Of a stretch of 64,000 bases of DNA, positions 12,011-22,806 are shown piece by piece (positions within the stretch are counted from its first letter, which is position 1; every line of letters starts with the position of its first letter). This DNA comes from Porphyridium purpureum (lineage: Eukaryota). The stretch is from positions 682,001-746,000 of the forward strand of contig VRMN01000005.1 of NCBI GenBank assembly GCA_008690995.1, written 5' to 3'. A model generated the notes under the pieces. It searched no databases. It was not told the DNA's origin and was given only the letters and a program-made list of their open reading frames with translations. Made by a program: the position numbers and the translations under genes.

Positions 12011-12285
12011 CCAGGTGCCGTCAATATTGACGTGGTCACTGAGTCAATGCCGTGACCACGCTCACAGCACAGAATGATCCATGTAGACGGGGTACAGGAA
12101 GTTGAAATATATTAAATATTAATAAATTCAAAAAAATAATTCTTTGGCGTAGAAAACAAAACTTGTTGTCCCTGGAGGTACAGCCAGACCAAATGGTTAC
12201 GAGGAACCCTAAAATCCTTAACTGTTAAGGATTTTAGTATTAACGAATTACATGTCCGCATTAGTGGAAAGTATGAACGGGAGTG

Positions 12286-15200
12286 TCAACGGGCGAGTAA
12301 CCTTAAATACACGGTTGTGGATGTCCACTCGTCAACGCATTCGTGGTGGGCTAGCATATACGCTTCGAAGCTTCCGGATGAAGGTACAAGAACACAATCC
12401 TGGATTATCTTTTTCAATGCAATGTTCGACCTGCTGTAGCGCGTGCCCGGCGCGAGCTCTGCACGGATGACCTGGAGTATGCGGTGCTTGAATCCGATGA
12501 AACTCTTATTGTGCTCCTCGGCCAATTCGAAATACTTGCTGGCAAGCTCCGTTCGGAGCTTGCGATTCATCTGACCGATCCTCATCGAGGTCTCTTCCCC
12601 CGTATGCCGCATTCTTGACCATGTCGTTGTTCTGCGCGAAATGAGTCCATCCGGTTCGAAGAGAATTCGAAGCTTGATCAGTTCATCCGATATCGTGCGC
12701 ACTTGTCCGTAGTCAGCGTATTCGGACATAGCGTCAATATCAGGATCTCTCATACGTTGCTGAAAACCATTGTTGTTCAGATCCTTGGGCTCGACGAGGA
12801 TCTGCCACGAATGCAAGAAATGTGGCGTCGGATTCAACCACATCAATACTTCTGGCACATTTGCAAATATCGCAGCCGTACAAGAATCCGTATGCATCGT
12901 CCTAGTGATTGAATCAATGTATCCGGGTGAGAGCCATACGCGCGGTGGCATTTCCCATGATCTTGCCGACGTTCGACGGCGACGCGAACCCACCTTGTAT
13001 TCGTATTTGTCATCTTCCACCGGATTCTCAGCACGACGAAATAGATCCCATGTAAATTCGACAATCGCTGGAACTGCACGAACGAAGTATTCGATGATAT
13101 CATTCATTGCCGGATCATGCTTTTCGTAGTCCTTGAATACATATCGGCTCTGAAAGTGGTCCACGATCTGCCGCGTGATACGAATTTGAGCTGCAAAGTA
13201 ATGCCATGCGATGTGATAGCGTGCGACCCACAGTCGTGTATGAAGTTCGCTGAATCGATTATACTGGTCCATTCGAAAGCTCCTTCCGTGTTTATCCGAA
13301 TCAGCGTGATGGCGCGTTACATCGAATACAGGCCATTGCCTCCTCCATTCAATCACACTTTCTACTCGCACCTGGAACGACGGCCAGTAGGCACAGATCT
13401 CATGGAATGCAGTAATCGTATGCACGCTCGATAGGTATGAACCACTCGGATAACCATTCACTGTATCCATTTCTGGCGAGAAGCTCGTGGAGGTATCCGA
13501 ATATTTTCTGAGCACCTGGTCATACGCGAAAACATCAATTTCCTTTGTTTCAGCGAGCAACATTCGCCGCGTCACTTGATTCCGACCGAATCCAACCCTG
13601 GCATCCATCGACCGTTTGTAATACGCATGTTCATATGCTGCTTCGATGCATCGTTGTTCTTGATCACCCCCCCATCGTTTTCTTCCGGCACAACAAGAAT
13701 CGATGTGCGTATCGGATGCCACGCAGCACATCCTGAAGAGGATGAACCGGAAGGCGCTCCACAGTGCCAATCGGATTCGTATACACATCTTCGTAAGAGA
13801 AATCATCGCATGAACATCCGTATCGAGAATCACATTTGTTTCCCATCGAAGCCGTATGCGTGTATCGACATGGTCTGTATGCCATACAGGCAAGCGCGCC
13901 TTGGACTGCGCAAGTCACCGCATACCATTCGTTGGCTAGAGATTCAAAGTGACCTAAGGCATCAAATCCACGTCGCATCTCCGCTGGTTGCATTAATTCC
14001 GTATTATCCATCGGATGTGCAAATCGGAGCCTTGCGTACGCATTATTCATATTCAAGGCATTGATACGGATTAGATCCCAGAGCATTGCTGTATCTCTCA
14101 GCATCCATGAAAACATGCCGCTATCCGCTATCGTGAAGCCAGTTGGGTCTGATGGATGATTCATCACCCGAATAATATAATCCTCGGATGCAAACTTTCG
14201 TCCTCGGTAACCCGTCGTCTTCTTCGTCGCCAGGTGGGGTACCTTCTGAATGAGGTACGCACCGATATCCGCGTGCAGGAATTGACAGTCATCCGAAGTA
14301 AACGCGAATTCATCCGTAAAGTATTCGTCTACTGTGTAGTTGCTGTACAGCAGCGCATTCGGAAGCTCTGCACCGTTATGGTCTTCGCGTGGAGAGTCTT
14401 CGCACGGAGTGACTTCGAAAAATTCGAGCCCGGTCAGACCGTCGGTGAAATTCTGATGCGGATCTTTGTTCTCGAACGACCATGCCGTAAGCATTCGCAT
14501 GTAGAAGTCGACGTTCAGAATCACATCCAAAAGATGCAGACCCACCTTGTCATTTTCCTTGGCCTCTATGTGAATGGCCTTATACGTATTCTCACTTGCA
14601 TCCTTGTACATCGCACTGAATCGATCTATGATATCGTAATGCGAAAAGCCTCGTCTGATGGACTTAGGTTGCTGCATCGGATGACTGCTTCGACCGAGAG
14701 TGCACGTATCTGTCCGTGCACGCTTCGGATCCTGACGTGAAGCAAATATCCCAGGCACATTTCGGATATCACTTCGAATTTCTCCTCGGATATAGCTAGC
14801 TCCCGGATCGTCTTCGCGGCTGTATGAAGCCGTGTCATACTTGACATTCCCATATCCGCGGGGAATCTGTCCCGGGCGCGGGAGCGAACTGCTTCCTCGC
14901 CTTTCGAATGGCGCACGGTACGTTCCGGATCCAGAACCACTTGGCATATCAATTCTACCATACCCAGGCGGGCCTCGTAGCGTTTTCTGGGTATTCGGAT
15001 TCAGCGCAGCGGCCCCAAGTCGCAGCGAACTCGCCGAATTACTACGGATGAGTCCACCACGAATGCGACGGCTGCGCTCATCAGCATCCGATGCTTCACT
15101 ACTTTCGATCGAATCCGACATTCGTCGTTTCCCTTTGTCAACAGTCGAGACCCTTTTCGATCGCCGAGTATTCGGATTCACGTCAGACTCAGCATGCTGT

Positions 15201-15919
15201 CCTGAAGGTGCGTTCGAATCACGCAAATTCGTTCCAGGCGTTCTCTTGACACGCATATCCGTATCCATTTTCGCAGCGTCCAACGAATCTCCGGATGCAT
15301 ATTTCTCTGCACCAGCACCTGCTGCAGGTAGTCCGGTATCCGCTGGAAGGTGTCCGCGCAATGCTCTTGCCGACACACTCTGCGAATCCGACGACACAGA
15401 AACCGCGCGAATCGGAGATCGACGGCCAACACTGGACATGGATGTGGTCGACTTCTTCGCAGTATCCGAAGCCTTTCCCACGATATCGGACGGTTTCGCA
15501 CCGACGTCCTTCACTGGATCCTCCTTCGGATTTGCACCGACGTCCTTCACTAGATCCTCCTTCGGATTCGTCTCCGCGTCCGCGCATTTCGCACCAATCG
15601 GATCACCTACCGCAGCCGTCTCAACTGAAGCCGTAGCTGGCGCGGACTCCGACGGCACTTTTTCCACATCCCTCTCAACTTCATCATTCGGATGACCTCG
15701 GACGGCTGCCTTCAGTTTCGACGATGCTCCTCGCACTGCCGAACCCTGACCCGCACCGGACGCACGCCCAGGCTCCACCTTTTTCGTCGCCGCCGGATAC
15801 GTCGCTTTACCCCCCTTGCCCTGCGCACTTCCGGATACCACTTTCCTTCCTTTCGACGGATTCGGATCCGCCACTTTCTTCCCGGTGTTCTCCATCTCGT
15901 CCCGCTCACCACCACTCAC
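12286..15919 (-). pseudogene. Large uncharacterised gene (~1200 codons), divergent from transposase 2, probably one gene with a frameshift near 13.7-13.9 kb
   Basis: Overlapping ORFs 13664..15919 and 12286..13893; the latter frame is open from 13914. Low-complexity N-terminal third includes a 12-aa duplication NPKED(L/P)VKDVGA. Aromatic-rich, globular-looking C-terminal part. No recognised domain. Confidence 0.6.
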
Positions 15920-18900
15920 GCACCCGCACTGTCCACCTCCGCGCTACCGCGCTACCGCCCTCTCCGCCTTGTCCGCCTTGTCCGCCTTCCCAGCGCTTCC
16001 TACCTTCGCACAACCCACCTTCTCCGGATCACACCAACTTCCCCACACGACCTGCTCTTCGCCACACGGCCACTGCGGCCTGCGCGTTTGACTTGTATCG
16101 AATTTGATGGACCCAAATGAAAAAAATGGCAGAATTGAATGGCATGTGGGGTTTTGTCGGGAAAATTACGCATTCACAGAGAGAAAGCTTTACATTAACT
16201 ACCTCTTTGGCTTGCCGTGGTACAAACGCTACGCCTGCGTCCAGGAAAGACACGCGCGTCGGATTGACGGAAGGCTTTGGAGGCGGAACGGATACAGCGT
16301 GACGTGCGCGAAAACATACGGATAGGAAGACTTCCCCAAACCGCGAATGGACAGACAGCAAGGCCTCGAGAGCAACGCTTGGCATCGACGTAGAAACAAA
16401 CGTATCCGATGCGATGGGACCCGATGCGACTTCACCGTACCAGAGGATGAGGGATTGACTTACTCCACGCGACTTCACATGATGCAGTCACACAAGCGCA
16501 AATGTAAACTTCGCATGCATCCGAATCGACTCCCGTATACGCAGGCCTACTTATTTGATGCGGACGACGGTAGTTTGCGGAGGGAGGACAGTCCGGATGA
16601 TACGGGAAGCGCAAATACAGAAACGATGACTGGACGAGGCAGTGAGCTTCCTGATATCCGGATGGATGACGAGGACCCGGAAATGCAATTTCATTCGGAT
16701 CGTGACATTGACAGCGGTTGCGAGAGCTTGCATGCAAACCTGACACAGGATGCGGAAATGTATCTAAGACCGATGGAGCCGGTGCGTTGCGGAGAAGAAG
16801 GAGAAGAGCAAGTCGAATATATCTTAGGTCCGTATGCCAAGCACTTTACTGCGTTATTAAACCAAAAGACTTTACGAGAGCGCTTGCAAGATCGTGACGA
16901 CGAGATGTCAAAATTCGTACGGAGTCTGACAGGCGCGGGTGAAATGGAAGATGTTGATCTGGATGAAGCAATCGAGATGATACGATTAAAAACGACCAGG
17001 AAGTATTCATCCAGAAGCATGGGATATCCGTACGTCATGCCACGGACTTAAAGTCGATTGAAACCAAACTCTTACAAATTGCTATCCGTATGACTCAGCG
17101 CCAAGTAAGCCAGCTGACAAAACACTCATTTACCATGTTGAAAAGGTATCCGTTAAACCACGAGGCGTCTCGAATCGACGCTGTATACGCTGCATTACAA
17201 AGCAAATTGAACATAGCTTCCTCTCACGTGCTGAAACGAGCAACAAAACTTCTTTTCATATTCAGATCTTCGAAGCGGATGTCTTCGCTTCTTGGCAATC
17301 CGAGTATTAAACCTGTTGAGACGTACGTCGAGTATGGTCGCGGAATCCGACTGAGACGAAACACCCTACGCCGGAACGTGAAGCAAACGATCCGATTTCG
17401 TGAATCGATGGACATCGTCATGCGTTCAGCTGCAGCTATTATTGATGAATACGGATTGGAGCCATTCGTTATCGACTTATTCAAAACCCGGGATCGCGAA
17501 ATAGTGATGCATCCGCAGGATGGAAACCTCTGCATCAGCGCAGCCCGTCGGATAGAATTTGAAGTGAATCGAAAACATGGACCGGATCCACCTCAGGTTG
17601 TAATTCTTCCAATACAGATATTTGCGGATGAGTCCCATATGACCCAGAATGGACGACACACAGTCACGCCACTGAAGATACGAATAGTACATCGAAGGCT
17701 GTTTGATACACACTCTTCCCGTATTCCTCAAGTCGTCGCATACTTACCACCTGTGGATACCCGAAGTATTGCACGAGCATTTGGTGAGGAAACAAGTATC
17801 CGCATTGATCCGAAGCTAGCCAAAAGAGAGCTCGAATCGTCCATGTACCATGCAATTATGAATAAGGCATTCCACCATCTCATGATCGCGAATAAATTCG
17901 GAGTGCCAGTCCTGTGGAATCATCGCCGCTTGCTTCTTTTTCCTATTGCATACAAGTTGTCAATGGACATGCCGATGATCTCAAAATGCTCATTTACGAA
18001 AGCTTCTTTTGTATCCGGATCCCGTGCTCGAACCATGCCATGCCATCAATGCATGGTGATAGCACCAGAGGCCACAACTCGAGCAGTCGAAGCAGGACCA
18101 AAGTCGGATGCATCCAAGGCAGAAGAGTTCTGGATTACGCGTATTCCTCTGCAATATCGCTGTGAGAAGCAGGTTGAACCTTTCATCACGCAGAATTTAT
18201 CTGCATGGGGCACGCTACAGAGAAAAGAACAATCTCTCCACTTTCTCGGTGACTCAGCGGCTATCGGATGGAATCGATTTGATGATGCCGATGACGTTGC
18301 ATTCAATGCAACGATATCCGCATTCAAACACAAAATACATCTGCGCAACCGCGGGAGATTTCAACTGACAGGCATAGATGGCTTGCACGGATTCCTTGCA
18401 TTTTGGCTTCGAGGTATCACAGTCGCTGGTCTCAAAGCATTGCTGAGCAAACCGAATACTGTACACGAGGTAGGCCTCGTCGCTGAGAGACTCACGGAAG
18501 CGCAGCAGCGAGCTACGCGACACTTGAACGAAGTAGAACATTCGGATTTTCCACGCATGTGGGCTTCACTCGATTTCGATGAACAAAGACATGGAAGTGC
18601 ATCCGAAGATACCAGTGGCGATGATTCAGAGTCGCATGACGAATACTCTTCGGATGATGAAATTGTCCGCGCGAATGAAAGAAATTCGTCACAAACGAAT
18701 ACACGTCAAAGACCAAAGGCCAAAACAAAGACGAACGACTCTCACATCAATCCGAGGAGGGCAGAGTCCAACAGAAAGGGCAGCGTATCTGACCAACTTC
18801 GAGGTATCATTGACTCAGCAGCAGGTAAAGCTTGGAACCAAATTGCAACGAAGATAACGGATGAGGCGAGGTTCCGGCGACCAGCGACATACTCTCCGAT

Positions 18901-19845
18901 ACGATTATCTTCGTTTTTATCCGACTTACCCAAATTCGCAGAACAATCATATTCGCTGGGCTTTCTACTTCAAATGATTGTTCTTGTACACCAGGAGCAT
19001 TTACTCTCGGATCGTACACGTGAAAGCTTTACCGAACTTGCAACCAGATGTATCCGACTGTATGGCGTACTATACAAAGAAAAGCTGCGTCGACCATGGC
19101 TTGAACTCATCCCAAGGCTCACATCCGACTTGCAATCCCGACTCGATTTATACAAACGGCAGATCAATCTACGTTGGAATGCTCCGAAAATACATGCACT
19201 GTCTCACTTCGGGGACAACTTGACGGATCTGGGACCGATAAAGTTTTGGGATACTACGGATGGAGAGAAATCGTTTCAAATCGGCAAGGCGTGGTTCAAA
19301 TCACTGGTCAGCGCAGATACGAATATCCCACATAATGTCATGCTGCAGCGCGCAGAGGTGTTCGAAATCGGATCTTCTTCTTCGTACTGGTTTGATAAAC
19401 TTACAAGGAACAAGGATTCGAATGCAATTGCATATACACACGAACAAGTATCCGATAAAGCATACACACATACACGAGAATCGGATGCCGCTCGAGCGTG
19501 GTACCGGCACCGCTCGTCTTCTGTGAACTGTTCATCGATCCTTTTCGGAATTTGGCAGAACGCGTGCACTACTCTGACGTACAGCAGCGAATCCGGATTT
19601 GAGGCTGCCCCTTCATGGCGACCAACGGCATGGAACCCTTCTATATCATTCGAATCCGCTGATGACGAAGAAACGAACATGCTCTGGTTGCACACGGATA
19701 CGGCTTTGAAGACGTATGCATCCGAGAAACTCCAAACGGCTGTGACTGATGATACTGCAACCTTCCAAGCTTTCAGACAAGTTCAACTGAAAAAGCCTTG
19801 CGACGAAGCCGAATGCATTGTTGCACATCCGAATCACTATCGTTC

Positions 19846-20104
19846 TGTCAATTAATTAAATAATTAATTAACTCTCGCTGTACCTACAGGGGTACAGCCC
19901 CCCTCAATATAACCACTTGGTTATAATGAGGGTCTCCATCTCTCTCCCTGCTAGTCCTAGTATAAAACTACGCCGAGTCGCGGCCGGCCTAGCCGTCAAA
20001 AAGTAAACAGACAGAGTCGACAGAAAAGAAGAAGAGTTCATAAAACTTTGTTGGGTCGCCGAGATAGCTTGGCAACTCGGCTCTCAGATCCGTAGGGATT
20101 GACA
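19846..20104 (+). repeat. 5' LTR of the Copia element
   Basis: Direct repeat of 26304-26562 with 7 substitutions by my comparison. Contains TATAAAA. Confidence 0.95.
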
Positions 20105-20605
20105 TTAGCTAATTACGTTCCTAACGGTGAAAGAATACAAGTGACTGAAGACAGATGACGCGACCGACGCGGAATACCGCGGGCGCGGGTGGAAGTAGTG
20201 TCACGGGAGTAGCCCGTGTGTTAAGGAAATGATTAAAAAATAGCCATAGTCCGTGGCCGGATACCTGGTCGCGCCGGACCCACTGTACTGTAGGTGTACA
20301 AGGGGGCGCGTGGTAGGCCTGAAGGCCCCTACCCTTAGGGACCAGACGCGCGATGACCACCCAGTATGGAATGGGTGTACAGCCAGGAGGTGGCTGGAAC
20401 CTTCTGGAAGGTTCTAGACTCAGCGACAGCAAGGCACTGTACCTCGGGGGTACAGTGGTCGCAATGGGTATAAAAAGACGCGCGGGTCGGCAACCAAGGG
20501 GGGGAGAGGGGGGCCGGGAGACAGAAGGAGTAAGGTGGATCTAAGTAAAAACAGGTGTATGCAAGGAAGCGTGTTCGGGCCTTGGGTACCTGTTGAGGAG
20601 CGGGG

Positions 20606-20646
20606 GTACAGCGGGAGTACAGCGGGAGTACAGCGGGAGTACAGCG
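20606..20646 (+). repeat. 11-bp tandem repeat (GTACAGCGGGA x~3.7) in the Copia leader
   Basis: Read directly from the sequence. Confidence 0.85.
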
Positions 20647-21076
20647 CGAGCGAGCGAGCGGGGGGTTTAACGGGGAAGGTTCGCGGATGCCCTGGGGTAA
20701 GGCGTCATTAGACGGTCCTTGTTCGGAAGCGGATCCGGGGGTGGTACGTGGGCGGGGGCGGATAAAGGAGTGATAGGCCGTTTGAAGCCGAAAGGTGAGG
20801 TAACCTCCTCTGGCTAACCCCGGCTGCCCACAACGCCTCCCCGGGTCCCGGATCACCGTAAGGTGTGGCCGAACGGGATCCCGGTTGGGCAGCGGACGCC
20901 TGGTTCCCCCGTTACGCGCGTCTTCCGTGTGTGTGCTTTTGGTTGGCTGTGCCTGCTCCGTGCGTGTGCTCTTGGTTGGCTGTGTCTTTCCCGTGTGTCT
21001 GCTCTTGGTTGGTTCTGTCGGTCCCGTGTGTGGGTGCTCTTGGCTGTTTGCGTGTGAGCAGCGTGCGTGAGCGTCG

Positions 21077-22771
21077 TTGGTTCCGGGTTTCCTGCCTGCC
21101 GCAGGTCCAGTTGACTGCGGGTGTCTTGTGTTTCCTCTTGGTTGCGTGGATTGTCCAGCTTGTGTGCGTGCGTGTGCCGCTTGGCTTGCTGTTGGGTGTG
21201 CCGCTGTGTCCTGGGCCAGCACGGTTCGTGACAGTAGCGACGGAGACCGTCGAATTGGCGCTGCAGCGGAGCAATCTCCGGATCAAGATACACAGGTAAA
21301 TATAGAGACAAATCGTGAGGACATTCGTCTGGTCTCCGCGGGTGTTGCCGATACTTCCATTACGACAGCTTTGGCTTCGATCGATTTATCCGGTTTCTCC
21401 TTTGAGAAGAGACTTGCCATAGAAGATCTGCAAGAATTTGTCACGATGTTCCGTCAGTACAACGGTGTAGCTCTCATGACGCAGATGGTACGTCGCTTAC
21501 CATTTTCGAGCATCATGAACGCTGGAATCCTCGCCAGAGAAGAATTTGTTTCCTTTTTAATGAATACGGAAGTTCCAGGATTCCGTGCGACGGATCCACG
21601 CGTTTCTACAGAGGAGAAGTTTCGTCGAATTTATGACAACGCGCGTAGCACATCGATCGATCAAGGAAGCACGGTGCGAGCTGATGAGCCATCGCCATCC
21701 AACCATCGCACGGGATCACGCGACGGCGAGGTCTCAGGCATGGCTGCTATTTCGCTCTTGACCAGTTCGAATCCCGCAACCGGTCGGACATTGGCACAGA
21801 GCGCGGCGGATATGTCAAAACTCGTGCGCTCGGATATGATTTTCCACATGGATGAGTTCGTTGACAAAGTTTCGTATCGAGCTTGGAAAGAAGAACTCGC
21901 GCTCTCTTTCGTGCGAGCGGAGGTTGCCGCTGAGCACCGTCCGCTCCTCGTTGGGCTTACTTTGGGCGGCGCAATTAAGGAGCACTACCAGCAAAATGCG
22001 CGTTATGACGCACCTATTTCAGATGTTTTTGCAATTCTCGACAACAAGGTGTTTTCAGGTGAATACAACGAACACATGATGCACAATTTCGAAACAACAA
22101 AGTTTAGTGACTTGGTTGTACGCATGCGGGGGGCTCGGACCAAAGCAATTCTTTATAATCTGTATCATCGAGTGCTGAAGTATGCACAAAACTGGTTACC
22201 GGATGAATACCTCGGAGACAAACGTCTTCTGCGTGCCTTGCGCAACGCGGTTTAAGACGAGCACTTCGCATCCGGCGTACTTCTCAAGAATTTCGACAAA
22301 GGCGACGATCTATACGAACACCTCGCTGGCTGCTTGAACAGGCGTGCGCGTTAACGCACCGACAATTCCGATCGGAGAATCCACGCCAACGCTGCGAACA
22401 CGCGACAACTCGTAGAAGGGCCGATCGCCACTTCGCATCGCCCGCTTTTCGCTCGCGATCTACGTCATGTACGTGATCAAGATTCCCGTCGCGCAAATCA
22501 TGCAGACAGTCGGGCATGTCTTAACTGCAATCAACCCGGTCATCTTTTTCGCGCGTGTCCTTCGCCTCTGCGTCCAGAGCTGCAACGTCAGCTTGCAACA
22601 CAGCCTGTCCGTTCACTCCTCCAGACATTTGATTTCGAATATGACTGTACATCGACCGCACAAGAACCGACTGAGTCGCCGGACGACACACAACAGGATG
22701 ATGAGTTTTATGGTCCCGTCCCATACGCACAGAATGATTCGGGGGAAGAGCACGGGGTTCCGGACAACTGA
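21077..22771 (+). pseudogene. gag: Copia gag with two internal TAA stops
   Basis: ORF 21077..22255 continues in frame past two TAA stops to a zinc knuckle CLNCNQPGHLFRAC (22517-22558). The frame ends at TGA 22769-22771. Confidence 0.8.
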
Positions 22772-22806
22772 TAACCAATTCGGGACCCCTATATTCGGAC
22801 TACGAG

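Noticed and set aside
222..12054. CAC-type TIRs (CACACGGA at 222 and 5054; CCGTG at 12050)
   Set aside because: The matches are only 5-8 bp, do not extend, and have no TSD.
5071..12060. RIP or CpG decay as the cause of the ATAT excess
   Set aside because: The block stays GC- and CpG-rich with long open frames, and deamination would not make the flanking arms complementary.
14832..15695. Long antisense ORFs (also 5630..6577 and 50624..51514)
   Set aside because: They are shadows of, or overlap, real GC-rich genes on the opposite strand and have no motifs.
5450..15919. TET/JBP dioxygenase or DNA methyltransferase among the cargo genes
   Set aside because: Expected from fungal Plavaka loci, but I could not find a convincing HxD..H..R or MTase motif set by eye.
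6939..22255. Alternative genetic code explaining in-frame stops
   Set aside because: All three stop types occur sporadically alongside frameshifts, and host genes end normally. Decay or sequencing error is simpler.
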